A stretch of 64,000 bases of DNA from Thermoanaerobaculia bacterium (GTDB taxonomy: Bacteria > Acidobacteriota > Thermoanaerobaculia > Multivoradales > UBA5704), in the NCBI GenBank assembly GCA_036402955.1, contig DASWRX010000128.1, positions 21,810-85,809 on the forward strand, written 5' to 3'. The position numbers and the translations under genes are program-made. The notes beneath the pieces are model-generated. The model made no database searches and was not told the DNA's origin. It worked only from the letters and a program-made list of their open reading frames with translations. Below, in pieces: positions 44,782 to 53,709 of the stretch; the first letter of the stretch is position 1; every line of letters begins with the position of its first letter.

Positions 44782-45456
44782 ATGAACGTCCAGGAGACGC
44801 TCGACACGCTGAAATCGCTCGGCACGGAGCAGAACCGCAAGATCTACCGCCGGCATGGCGCGGGCGAGGACGTCTACGGCGTCAGCTTCGCCCATCTGAA
44901 GGATCTGAAGAAGAAGATCAAGACCGACCACGAGCTGGCCGTGGCGCTGTGGGCTTCGGGCAACCACGACGCCCGCATGCTGGCGGCGATGATCGCGGAC
45001 CCGAAGCGCCTCGACGCGAAGACGCTCGACGCCTGGGCGGAGGGGCTGCGGAACTACGTGGAGACCGACGCCCTCGGCGACATCGCGTCGCGGACGCCGC
45101 ACGCCCGCGAGACCATGGCCCGCTGGATCGCCGCCGACGGCGAGTGGACCGGCGCCGCCGGCTGGCGCATCCTGGCGAGCGTCGCGATGCACGGAGAAGA
45201 TCTGCCGGACGAGTACTTCGAAAGGTTTCTCGCGACGATCGAGAGCGACCTCCACGGCAGCCCGAACCGCATCCGCCACGGGATGAACAACGCGCTGATC
45301 GCGATCGGCATCCGCAACCCCGCGCTGGAGCGGAAGGCCCTCGCCGCCGCCGCCCGCATCGGCAAGGTCAACGTCGACCACGGCGAGACCGGCTGCAAGA
45401 CGCCGGACGCGGCGGGGTACATCCGGAAGACGCTGGAAAGGAAGAAGAAGGGCTAA
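44782..45456 (+). CDS. DNA alkylation repair protein (AlkD-like HEAT-repeat family)
   Basis: In-frame part of ORF 44299..45456 from ATG 44782 (GGGAGG upstream). MNVQETLDTLKSLGTEQNRKIYRRHGA...LWASGNHDARMLA is typical of this family. Confidence 0.8.
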   Translation: MNVQETLDTLKSLGTEQNRKIYRRHGAGEDVYGVSFAHLKDLKKKIKTDHELAVALWASGNHDARMLAAMIADPKRLDAKTLDAWAEGLRNYVETDALGDIASRTPHARETMARWIAADGEWTGAAGWRILASVAMHGEDLPDEYFERFLATIESDLHGSPNRIRHGMNNALIAIGIRNPALERKALAAAARIGKVNVDHGETGCKTPDAAGYIRKTLERKKKG

Positions 45457-46103
45457 GAGAAGATCTCGTCGATCGCCGGCTCGAAGCCGGGCAGGACCTC
45501 GGAGCGGGCGCGCTCGCCGGGTCCGAATTTCCCCAGGAGCTCATAGGCGCCGTTCCGCAGAACGAAGACCTCGATCGTGCGCGCCTTGGGATCGGCGACC
45601 CAGTATTCACGGACCCCGGCCTCCGCGTAGAGCTGGAACTTTTCACGGCGGTCGGTGAGCCAGTTGGAAGGGGAGAGGACCTCGAGGACCAGGTCCGGTG
45701 CTCCCTCCACGAAGCTCTCGCGAATGATCGCGGTCTTCTCCCGTGAAATGAAGACCACGTCCGGCTGCACCGGGCTCGCCAGGTCGCCGGGGAGAAGGAC
45801 GTCCAGAGGGGCCAGTCCGACCACGCCGAGCTTATGCTCTTGCAGGTAGAGCTTGAGGAGAAACCCGAAGTTCAGAACAGCCTGCTGATGCCCCCAGTTG
45901 GGCGCCGGCGTCATATGGAGCACCCCTCTCATCACCTCATAACGCCAGCCGTCATCCGGAAGGCGGCTGTAGTCTTCAAAGGTCCACTCGCCCTGGGCCG
46001 GGAGGGGCTCGAAGGCGGAGACTTTGGCAAGGGCCCTGGAAGCCATGACGTGGACCATCGTAGGGTGGTGGGGGAGGGGTGTCAATTCCCGCTCAATTGC
46101 CAT
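45453..46103 (-). CDS. Uma2-family (DUF820) putative endonuclease
   Basis: 216 aa. WTFEDY, PDVVFI, APDLVLEVLSPSN, K..LYAEAGVREYWVAD are characteristic of Uma2. The start may be an internal Met. Confidence 0.8.
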   Translation of the reverse strand: MAIERELTPLPHHPTMVHVMASRALAKVSAFEPLPAQGEWTFEDYSRLPDDGWRYEVMRGVLHMTPAPNWGHQQAVLNFGFLLKLYLQEHKLGVVGLAPLDVLLPGDLASPVQPDVVFISREKTAIIRESFVEGAPDLVLEVLSPSNWLTDRREKFQLYAEAGVREYWVADPKARTIEVFVLRNGAYELLGKFGPGERARSEVLPGFEPAIDEIFS

Positions 46104-46172
46104 CCGGCAGCGCTGTCAGGCCCGAAGCGCCTCGGGGAGGACGAACCCCCTAACCTGGCTTGAGAAAAGGAA

Positions 46173-46201
46173 TTGGCGAATTCCGTCCTTACCTGTACAA
46201 T
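46173..46201 (+). promoter_or_regulatory. Sigma70-type promoter candidate (TTGGCG-17-TACAAT) upstream of the REC-HD-GYP operon
   Basis: Read in the lower-GC intergenic region 46104..46362. It would give a leader of about 155 nt. Confidence 0.35.
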
Positions 46202-46362
46202 CTACAACGTTGTCGCTGTTTAAGCTGTTGCATTAGGAAGTTACCGAGGGGAGGGCCTCTCTCAATCAGCCCTTCTCCTCCCCGGCCGAGCTGGAGAGGT
46301 TCTCTCCTCATTGATTTGAGGAGGGAATCGGGCTTGCCGTCGGGGCCCCGGCCCGTTGTCGT

Positions 46363-47463
46363 ATGAAAGAACGCGTTGTAATCGTCGACGACGAGCCCGC
46401 CATCCGGGCTCTCCTGACGTCCTACCTCTCCGGTCTCCCTCTGGATTGCCGGTCCGCGAGGGATGCCGCCGAGGCGCTGGCGCTCGCCGCGGAGGAGCCC
46501 CGGCCGTCGCTGGTGCTGTCGGACATCGAGATGCCCGGCGTTTCCGGCGTCGAGCTGCTCGAGAGGCTCAAGGAGCTCGACGAGACCATCCAGGTGGTGA
46601 TGGTCACCGGCGTCCAGCAGATGGCGACCGTCCGCCAGTGCGTGCGCGCCGGGGCCTACGACTACATCACCAAGCCCTTCGAGGCCGACGACCTGCTGGC
46701 CACCGTCGAGCGGGCGGTCGAGCGGGCGCGACTCATCCGCGAGAACGACGACTACCGCCGGAACCTGGAGCGGATGGTCAAGGAGCAGACGCTCGAGATC
46801 CGCCAGACCCGCGACATCGCCCTGCTGACTCTCGCCCGCCTCGCCGAATCGCGCGACCACGAGACCGGCCGGCACCTGGAGCGGATGGCCGAGTACAGCC
46901 GTCTCCTCGCCCAGGCGGCGAGCCGCGAGCCCTCGGCGGAGCTGGCGAAGATCACCAGCGAGTTCGTGGAGCACCTCTACAAGTCGAGCCCCCTGCACGA
47001 CATCGGCAAGGTGGGCATCCCGGACGCCATCCTGCGCAAGCCCGGACCGCTGGCGCCCGAGGAGATGTCGGTGATGCGCCGCCACCCCGAGATCGGCGGC
47101 GACACGCTACGCAACGTCATCGAGCGCTATGACGGCCACCGCTTCCTGCGCATGGGTATGGAAATTGCTTACTGCCATCACGAACATTGGGACGGCTCAG
47201 GATACCCGCGCGGGCTTGCAGGACCCCACATCCCGCTCGCCGCTCGCATCGTGGCTCTCGCGGACGCCTACGACACGATCACCAGCAGCCGTCCCTACAA
47301 GTCTGCTTTCGACCATGAAGAGGCGGTCCGCAGGATCGCCAGGGACCGCGGAACGCATTTCGATCCGGTGCTGGTGGACGTCTTTCTCCGCTGCCACCGG
47401 GAGTTCGCCGAGATTCACGGACGGCTTGCCGACCAGGCGCATGGGAATCCGGGCGATGTCTGA
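46363..47463 (+). CDS. Response regulator with HD-GYP phosphodiesterase domain
   Basis: 366 aa. REC (VVIVDDEP, LVLSDIEMPG, KPF). HD-GYP (HDIGKVGIPD, HHEHWDGSGYPRGL). Confidence 0.9.
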   Translation: MKERVVIVDDEPAIRALLTSYLSGLPLDCRSARDAAEALALAAEEPRPSLVLSDIEMPGVSGVELLERLKELDETIQVVMVTGVQQMATVRQCVRAGAYDYITKPFEADDLLATVERAVERARLIRENDDYRRNLERMVKEQTLEIRQTRDIALLTLARLAESRDHETGRHLERMAEYSRLLAQAASREPSAELAKITSEFVEHLYKSSPLHDIGKVGIPDAILRKPGPLAPEEMSVMRRHPEIGGDTLRNVIERYDGHRFLRMGMEIAYCHHEHWDGSGYPRGLAGPHIPLAARIVALADAYDTITSSRPYKSAFDHEEAVRRIARDRGTHFDPVLVDVFLRCHREFAEIHGRLADQAHGNPGDV

Positions 47464-47487
47464 CGCCGACGGAGAAGGGGACAGGGG

Positions 47488-50400
47488 ATGATCGCAGAGG
47501 ATCCGATCCGGGAGCCGCGGCTTCTGGAGAAACCCGTTTCGTGGCAGGCCGGCCGATCGAACGAGGAGCGCCGGTCTCCCCGGCGCCGCACGCTGGCCAC
47601 CGTCCGCATCCTGGAGGGGCCGGAGCTCGGCCATGGGCTGGTCGCGACCGATCTGTCGGCCGACGGCGCCTTCCTCCGCTCGCCGGCCGCCCTGGCGCCG
47701 GACGTCCGTCTCCGTCTCGCGCTCGAGATCCCCACCGATCCCAAGCCCATCGTGGTGACCGCCCGCGCCGTGCGCTCCTCGCCCGCGGGGGTCGGCCTGC
47801 GTTTCGAGGAGGTCTCGGCGCGCGACCGTGCCCGGCTGCGCGCCCACGCCGGCTTCTACGAGATGGACGAGGCGATCGTCCGCGTCCAGCGGGCGCTGGG
47901 CGACCTCGTCCCGGGCAACCTGCTGCCGCTCGGCGAGCCGTCCGAGATCCGGACGGTCCTCGAGAGCCTGGTGGCGCGGGCGCTGCCGGTGACCGCCATC
48001 CGGCCCGGCCGCGGCTTCGAGCCGGTGGCCTGCCGCGCGGCGGCCTACGAGCCCGACGGCCCGCACGGCGCCTCGCTGCGGCTCGATCTGCCGTCGTCTT
48101 CCCGCACTTCCGCGCGTTCCCGCGTCGTCTATCTGGCCTTCTCCGATCCGCCGCTCCTCTATGCCCTGGAGGGGATCGTGATCGCGGACGAGCGGGCCGG
48201 CACCAGGGCCGGTACCAGGGTCATGGTCCCCGAGCGCATCTACCTGACCGAGCGGCGGAGCGAGCGGCGGGCGAGCCTGCGGGCGGCCTTCTGCGAGCTC
48301 GCCGCGCCCCACCTTCCGGCAGGCCGTCTGCGGCTGCCGGTGATGGATCTCGGGGAGGGCGGCGCCTCGGTCCGCCTCGAGGCCGCCGCCGCGCTGGTGC
48401 CGGGCGCGCGCCTGCCGGCCTTCACGCTGGAGGCGGAGGGGGCCCGGCGGGAGATCGCCGGCGCCACGGTGCGCTATCTGTCGGCGCTCGACGACGGCGG
48501 CGTGCGCGCCGGCCTCCGCTTCGACGAGGGGGACGCCGAGCGCGACAGCTTCCGCGAGCTCAAGCACCACGCCGTGAGCGGCGGCTTCGCGGCGCGGCTC
48601 TCGCGCACCGTCTCGCTGCTCGGCGGCAAGGTGGCGGCGTTCGTGCGCCGGCCCCGCCGCACCGAGGACGGGGGCGTCGAGGTGGTGCGCTACAAGAACC
48701 GCCGCGGCGATACCGTGGCGGCGATCGTGGACGCCAACTTCGACACCTCGGACCCCGCCGTGCGGCCCGACGTGGCGGTGGTGATCGCGCCGGCGATCCT
48801 CAAGCGCAAGGAGGTCTTCAGCCTCCTCGCCCGCACCATCCTGGACGACCTCGACCGCGACGGCCGCAAGGCCGTGGTGCTGCGCTTCGACGCCACCCAC
48901 ATCGCGGGGGAGAGCGCCATGGACGCGCGGCTGGTGGCCGAGGGCCGCCCCTATTACAACTGGACCTTCGGCCACCTGGGGGACGACGCCACGGCGTCGC
49001 TGCGCTATCTCCAGCGCCGGTTCCGCCCCGTCAAGCGGACGCTGGTGAGCGTGTCGCTCTCGGCCATCCCGGCCCGCAAGACGATCCTCGAGTGCGCGGC
49101 GGAAGCGCCGGTCGACCTCTGGATCGCCCCCTTCGGCTGCCCGGACGCCCAGGACGTGCTGCGCAACTATCTGGCCGGGCTGGACCTGTTCGACGTCTAC
49201 CGTCGGGGGGAGGGGCCGGAGACGATCCTGATCCACGGCCGGCCGATCCGCGGCAGCTCGCTCTACGGCCACGCCATGGAAGCGGGTCTCGCCTTCCTGG
49301 AGGACGCCCGGAAGGACCTCGCGCGCATCGCCGCGCCGGTCGTCTGGATCCTCGGCACCTACGACTGCTGGGTGACCCGCTCGCGGGTGCGGGCGATGCT
49401 CGACGCGCCGGGCGGCGGCGTGCGCGAGGTCTTCGAGTGCGCCACCGGTCACGTGCTGAAGAGCGGCGGCGAGGCGATCGAGCTGTTCAAACTGGTCTCC
49501 GAGTCGATCTCCAAGCACCTGTTCGGCGCCGACCGGCCGGCGCGCGAGCCCAACCTGGCGCGCTTCGCCCGCCAGAGCGAGGCCGAATGGGGCCGCGTGC
49601 GGCGCCAGGAGCTGGAGGACGCCGAGGGGTTCTGGAAGGAGCACCTGTTCGGCGCGCCGGGCGACGACGTCGGCTACGACGTCTTCCTGGAGCACCCCGA
49701 GTATCCCCGGTTCCTCGCCCGCCAGGTGGAGCTGCTCGATCCGCGGCCGGGCGAGCATCTCGCCGACTTCGGCTGCGGCACCGGCAACCTCCTGCTCGCC
49801 ATGCTCGATGCCTACGGCGGCGACGGCGAGCGCGGCGCTCCGGCCTCGCTCACCTTCCTGGACCTGGTGCCGGAAGGGGTCGAGCGGACGCGGGAGAAGG
49901 TCCTCGCCGCCTGCGCCGGGCGCGGCCTGCCGGCGCCCGAGCTGCGCGGTGTCGTGGCCGACCTCGAGGTGTCGCGCTTCGCGGCGATCGCCGACTTCCT
50001 GGAGGGGCGGCTGTGGGGCGTTGAGGGCCTGGTCCACCGGGTCGAGGGGCTGCCTTTCGCCACCGCCCACAAGCTCGCCGCCGCCTACGGCCGGGAGCTG
50101 CACGCCATCCTGCGGGGAGAGCCGGCGGAGCCCGGACGGGTGCGCGAGCTCTGCCCGGCGCTCGACGACCGCGAGGTGGAGATCGCGCTGGAGATCGGCC
50201 GCGCCGCCCGCTTCCTGCTCGGCCGCACGCTGCCGGACGACCTGCGGCCCGGGGTCTCAGCGCCCGCCGACGCCGGCGCCCGCACGGCCCGTCACCTGCG
50301 CCTGCGCCACCTCCACTTCGGCGACTCGACGCCGCGGTTGCAGCTCGACCTGCCGGACGGCTGCTTCGACCGCATCGGCTCGTCGCTGGTGCTGCCCTAT

Positions 50401-50760
50401 CTCTACGATCCGCTGGCCAGCCTGCGCGAGATGCGCCGCCTGCTGCGGCCCGGCGGCACGCTGGTGATCTCCTCGATCCGCCCGAACTTCGACCCCTCGA
50501 AGCTCTACACCGAGGGGGCCGACATCCTCGCCCGCCAGGCCGAGGCGGGGGACACGGGGGCGGCCCGCAAGCTGGAGGCGCTGCGCCACTTCGCCAATTC
50601 GATCAGCCGGCTGATCGAGCTGGAGGAGGACGGCCGCTTCCGCTTCCTCGACGCCGCGGCCCTCGAGGCCCTCCTCGGCGAGGCGGGGTTCTCGCGCGTC
50701 CATTGCTTCCAGGCGCTGGGATCGCCACCCACGGCGGTCGTGGCGCGGGCGGAACGCTAA
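47488..50760 (+). CDS. Multidomain protein: two PilZ domains, central unassigned region, C-terminal class I SAM methyltransferase
   Basis: 1090 aa. PilZ 1: RRSPRRR ... DLSADGAF. PilZ 2: RRSERR ... DLGEGGASV. Methyltransferase motif I LADFGCGTGNLL and post-I/II LRPGGTLVISS. The central about 350 aa has a vaguely alpha/beta-hydrolase feel only. Confidence 0.8.
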   Translation: MIAEDPIREPRLLEKPVSWQAGRSNEERRSPRRRTLATVRILEGPELGHGLVATDLSADGAFLRSPAALAPDVRLRLALEIPTDPKPIVVTARAVRSSPAGVGLRFEEVSARDRARLRAHAGFYEMDEAIVRVQRALGDLVPGNLLPLGEPSEIRTVLESLVARALPVTAIRPGRGFEPVACRAAAYEPDGPHGASLRLDLPSSSRTSARSRVVYLAFSDPPLLYALEGIVIADERAGTRAGTRVMVPERIYLTERRSERRASLRAAFCELAAPHLPAGRLRLPVMDLGEGGASVRLEAAAALVPGARLPAFTLEAEGARREIAGATVRYLSALDDGGVRAGLRFDEGDAERDSFRELKHHAVSGGFAARLSRTVSLLGGKVAAFVRRPRRTEDGGVEVVRYKNRRGDTVAAIVDANFDTSDPAVRPDVAVVIAPAILKRKEVFSLLARTILDDLDRDGRKAVVLRFDATHIAGESAMDARLVAEGRPYYNWTFGHLGDDATASLRYLQRRFRPVKRTLVSVSLSAIPARKTILECAAEAPVDLWIAPFGCPDAQDVLRNYLAGLDLFDVYRRGEGPETILIHGRPIRGSSLYGHAMEAGLAFLEDARKDLARIAAPVVWILGTYDCWVTRSRVRAMLDAPGGGVREVFECATGHVLKSGGEAIELFKLVSESISKHLFGADRPAREPNLARFARQSEAEWGRVRRQELEDAEGFWKEHLFGAPGDDVGYDVFLEHPEYPRFLARQVELLDPRPGEHLADFGCGTGNLLLAMLDAYGGDGERGAPASLTFLDLVPEGVERTREKVLAACAGRGLPAPELRGVVADLEVSRFAAIADFLEGRLWGVEGLVHRVEGLPFATAHKLAAAYGRELHAILRGEPAEPGRVRELCPALDDREVEIALEIGRAARFLLGRTLPDDLRPGVSAPADAGARTARHLRLRHLHFGDSTPRLQLDLPDGCFDRIGSSLVLPYLYDPLASLREMRRLLRPGGTLVISSIRPNFDPSKLYTEGADILARQAEAGDTGAARKLEALRHFANSISRLIELEEDGRFRFLDAAALEALLGEAGFSRVHCFQALGSPPTAVVARAER

Positions 50761-50761
50761 C

Positions 50762-53371
50762 GTGTCGAGCTCGCCCCGGCTCCCCGGTTTCGAGGAGGCG
50801 TTCCGCGCCGAGAACCGGCGGCTGTTCGTGGAGCGGGCCCGCTTCCTGCTCTGGGCGGCGCTGGTGCTGTTCCCCACCTTCTGGCTGCTCGACCTCGCGG
50901 TGGCGCCCGCGCGGGCGATGGTTTTCCTCGGCATCCGCGCCGCCGTCGCCGCCGTCTACCTCGCCGCGCTCGCCGCCGTCTACTCCCGTTTCGCCGAGCG
51001 GCTGGCGCAGCCGTTCGTCATGGTCGGGACCCTCGCCTCCGCGGCCGGCATCGCCGTGATGTCGTCCCTGCTCGGCGGCTTCACCAGCAACTACTTCGCC
51101 GGCAACATCATCGTCATCTTCGCCATCGGCGTCTTCCTGCCCTGGCGGCCGCTGGCGGCGGCGGTCCTGTGCGCGCTGATCGTGGCCACGGACCTCGGCG
51201 TCAACCTGGCGGCCCACGGCCCGTCGCGGGCGATGATCGGGCCGCTCTTCTTCCTCGCCGGCTCCAGCGTCTTCACCTGCCTCGCCACCGTGTCGAGCCG
51301 GCGGACGCAGCGGCGGGACCTCTCGCTGCGGCTGCGCCTGGAGAAGGCCAACGAGGACCTCAAGGAGCTCGACGAGACCAAGACCCGCTTCTTCGCCAAC
51401 GTCAGCCACGAGCTGCGCACCCCGCTGACGCTCCTGCTGGGACCGCTCGAGACCCTGCTCGGCGAAGAGGAGGATGGGGAGCGCCGGGTGCTGCTGGAAT
51501 CGATGGAGACCAACGCCCGGCGCCTGCTGCGGCAGGTCAACGCCCTGCTCGACGGCGCCAAGCTCGAGTCCGGCCGGCTGCGCCTGGAGCCCGAGCCGGG
51601 GAATGTGGGCGCGTTCCTCGCCGAGCTGGTGGAGGCGGCGCGGCCGCTCGCCGAGCGGCGGGGGCTGCGCCTGGAGACCGAGCGGCTGGAGGAGGTCCCC
51701 GACTCGGTCTTCGATCCGCACAAGGTGGAGATCATCGCCGCCAACCTGCTCTCCAACGCCCTCAAGTTCACCCCGCGGGGCGGCCGGGTGATCGTGCGCG
51801 CGGGCGGTGGCTCCGGCCCTCAGACGGACGAGGTGTCCTTCGAGGTCGAGGACGACGGTCCGGGGGTCCCCGCGGACGAGCTCGAGCGGATCTTCGACCG
51901 CTTCCACCAGGTGGACGGCTCGTCGTCGCGCGAGCACGGCGGCACCGGCCTCGGGCTCGCGCTGGCCCGCGAGCTGGCGCGTCTCCACGGCGGCAACGTC
52001 CTGGTGCGCAGCCGGCTGGAGGCGGGGTCCACCTTCCGCGTCGAGCTGCCGCGCGATCCCGGCGTGGCGGTGGTCGATCGCCGCCGCCGGCCGCGCCGCC
52101 GCGAGGACCAGCTCGTGCAGGTCCGCGCCGACGCCCAGGCCGCCCGCGAGTACGCCCTGCGCTCGATGCGCGAGACCCTCCTCGCCGACGTCGATCTGCC
52201 GCGCCTGGGGAGCGAGACGCCGCGGCCGCAGCCGCCCGACGAAGCTCCCCGCCTGCTGCTGGTCGAGGACAACGCCGACCTGCGGAGCTTCCTCGCCGCC
52301 CGCCTCGCCCGCCGCTACCGGGTGGAGACCGCCGCGGACGGCGCCGCCGGCTTCGAGGCGGCGCAGCGCTACCGGCCCGACCTGGTGGTCACCGACGTGA
52401 TGATGGCCGGCGTCGACGGCCTGGAGCTCTGCCGGCGGCTGAAGGCCGATCCCGCCTTCGTGGCCACGCCGGTGATCCTGCTGACCGCCCGCGCGGGCAC
52501 CGACGCGGTGGCCGAGGGGCTCGACGCCGGGGCCGACGACTACGTGGTCAAACCCTTCGCTCTGCGCGAGCTGGAGGCCCGCATCGCCGCCCATCTGCGG
52601 GCGCGCGAGATCGAGCGCCAGCTCCACGAGCGGGAGAGCCGCCTGGCGGCCATCGGCCAGATGACCAGCGCCGTGGTCCACGACCTGCGCAACCCGCTGA
52701 CCCTGGTCAAGGGATATGCCGACCTCGCCCATGCCCTGGCCGTGCGCGGCGGCGATGCCGCCACCATCGCCCGCGAGCTGGAGACCGTGCGCAGCGAGTC
52801 CGACCGGCTGCGGAGGATGATCGAGGAGATCCTCGACTTCGCCCGCGGCGGCTCGCCCCGGCTGGCCCTCGAGACGGTGCCCGCCCGCGGCTTCCTCGAC
52901 GAGGTGCTGCAGCCCCTCGCCGCCGACCTCCGCGAGCGGGACTTCGAGGTGTGGATCGATCTGCGGCTGGACGCCGCCCTCCAGATCTCCCTCGACCGCG
53001 ACCGCATCCAGCGCGTCCTCGAGAACCTGCTCTCCAACGCCCGCGAGGCGCTCGCCACCTGGACGGTGGCGAAGCGGGTCTGGGTCCGCGCCCGGGTGGA
53101 GGAGGGGAGGCTCGCCGTGCGCGTGGCCGACTCCGGCCCGGGCATCCCGGAAGATGCCGTGGAACACCTCTTCGAGCCCTTCGCCACCACCGGCAAGAAA
53201 CAGGGCACGGGCCTCGGCTTGGTGACCGTGCGCAACCTCGTCAAGACCCACGGCGGCGAGGTGCGCGTCGAGACCAAGGCGCCGGAAGGAGGCGCCGCCT
53301 TCACGGTCCTCCTCCCTCTCCTCCCCGCGTCCGCCCTCCCCGTCCCGGTGCGGACGGGGAGAGTGGCGTAG
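50762..53371 (+). CDS. Hybrid sensor kinase: multi-TM input, HisKA-HATPase, REC, second HisKA-HATPase
   Basis: 869 aa, GTG start 1 nt after the previous stop. H-box 1 FFANVSHELRTPL with GTGLGLALAREL. REC LLLVEDNADL...VVTDVMMAGVDG...KPF. H-box 2 TSAVVHDLRNPL with GTGLGLVTVRNL. Confidence 0.9.
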   Translation: MSSSPRLPGFEEAFRAENRRLFVERARFLLWAALVLFPTFWLLDLAVAPARAMVFLGIRAAVAAVYLAALAAVYSRFAERLAQPFVMVGTLASAAGIAVMSSLLGGFTSNYFAGNIIVIFAIGVFLPWRPLAAAVLCALIVATDLGVNLAAHGPSRAMIGPLFFLAGSSVFTCLATVSSRRTQRRDLSLRLRLEKANEDLKELDETKTRFFANVSHELRTPLTLLLGPLETLLGEEEDGERRVLLESMETNARRLLRQVNALLDGAKLESGRLRLEPEPGNVGAFLAELVEAARPLAERRGLRLETERLEEVPDSVFDPHKVEIIAANLLSNALKFTPRGGRVIVRAGGGSGPQTDEVSFEVEDDGPGVPADELERIFDRFHQVDGSSSREHGGTGLGLALARELARLHGGNVLVRSRLEAGSTFRVELPRDPGVAVVDRRRRPRRREDQLVQVRADAQAAREYALRSMRETLLADVDLPRLGSETPRPQPPDEAPRLLLVEDNADLRSFLAARLARRYRVETAADGAAGFEAAQRYRPDLVVTDVMMAGVDGLELCRRLKADPAFVATPVILLTARAGTDAVAEGLDAGADDYVVKPFALRELEARIAAHLRAREIERQLHERESRLAAIGQMTSAVVHDLRNPLTLVKGYADLAHALAVRGGDAATIARELETVRSESDRLRRMIEEILDFARGGSPRLALETVPARGFLDEVLQPLAADLRERDFEVWIDLRLDAALQISLDRDRIQRVLENLLSNAREALATWTVAKRVWVRARVEEGRLAVRVADSGPGIPEDAVEHLFEPFATTGKKQGTGLGLVTVRNLVKTHGGEVRVETKAPEGGAAFTVLLPLLPASALPVPVRTGRVA
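53336..53361. repeat. Hairpin repeat copy 1 (CTCCCCGTCC-cggtgc-GGACGGGGAG)
   Basis: Lies inside the last codons of the kinase gene (…PVPVRTGRVA*). The same 26-nt core recurs at 53667..53692, and about 40 nt including the flanks are similar. Confidence 0.7.
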
Positions 53372-53382
53372 GGTCGTGGCGG

Positions 53383-53595
53383 CTAAGGTGGGCGGTGCTC
53401 GAGGCCGTGCGGCGCGGGGACGAACTCGGTTCTGTGGGCGTCACGCCAGAGAGAGCGCCAGGTCTTTCCGCTCACCCAGATCGCTGCATAGCTCAACAGC
53501 GCCACCACCGCAGCGGCGACCAGCCAGCGCGAGCGCTTCCGGCCCGTTGCCTGATGTCTCTGAACAGGGTGCTTCCAATGATGGCTCTTCGGCAC
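53383..53595 (-). CDS. Possible small membrane protein (70 aa)
   Basis: Track ORF with a GTG start. One clear TM segment (WLVAAAVVALLSYAAIWV) after a basic N-terminus. Sits in a lower-GC patch between two hairpin repeats. The SD (AGGAG) is 12 nt away, and an alternative ATG lies in another frame. No homology recognised. Confidence 0.3.
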   Translation of the reverse strand: MPKSHHWKHPVQRHQATGRKRSRWLVAAAVVALLSYAAIWVSGKTWRSLWRDAHRTEFVPAPHGLEHRPP

Positions 53596-53666
53596 GCCAA
53601 CATTTTACTCCTGAAGATCATCCCAGGGCTCAAGCTCCTCCTGCTCCCTCTCGTCCAAGCGCCCGC

Positions 53667-53692
53667 CTCCCCGTCCCGGTGCGGACGGGGAG
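53667..53692. repeat. Hairpin repeat copy 2; probable terminator for the convergent gene 53710..54705
   Basis: Identical 26-nt core. The stem is extendable (cgcctcccc.../...ggggagggcg). Confidence 0.7.
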
Positions 53693-53709
53693 GGCGGCAT
53701 AGACCTACC

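Noticed and set aside
47197-53251. 968-aa (47197..50103), 882-aa (50603..53251) minus-strand ORFs and the 827-aa/965-aa plus off-frame ORFs
   Set aside because: They are shadow ORFs over the PilZ-methyltransferase and hybrid kinase genes. Only the chosen frames contain PilZ, methyltransferase, H-box, HATPase and REC motifs.
53376-53702. 108-aa plus-strand ORF between the kinase and the Cys-rich gene
   Set aside because: The translation is Arg/Ala/Pro/Ser-rich junk. Its C-terminus merely re-reads the hairpin repeat (PVPVRTGRAA). It has no SD.
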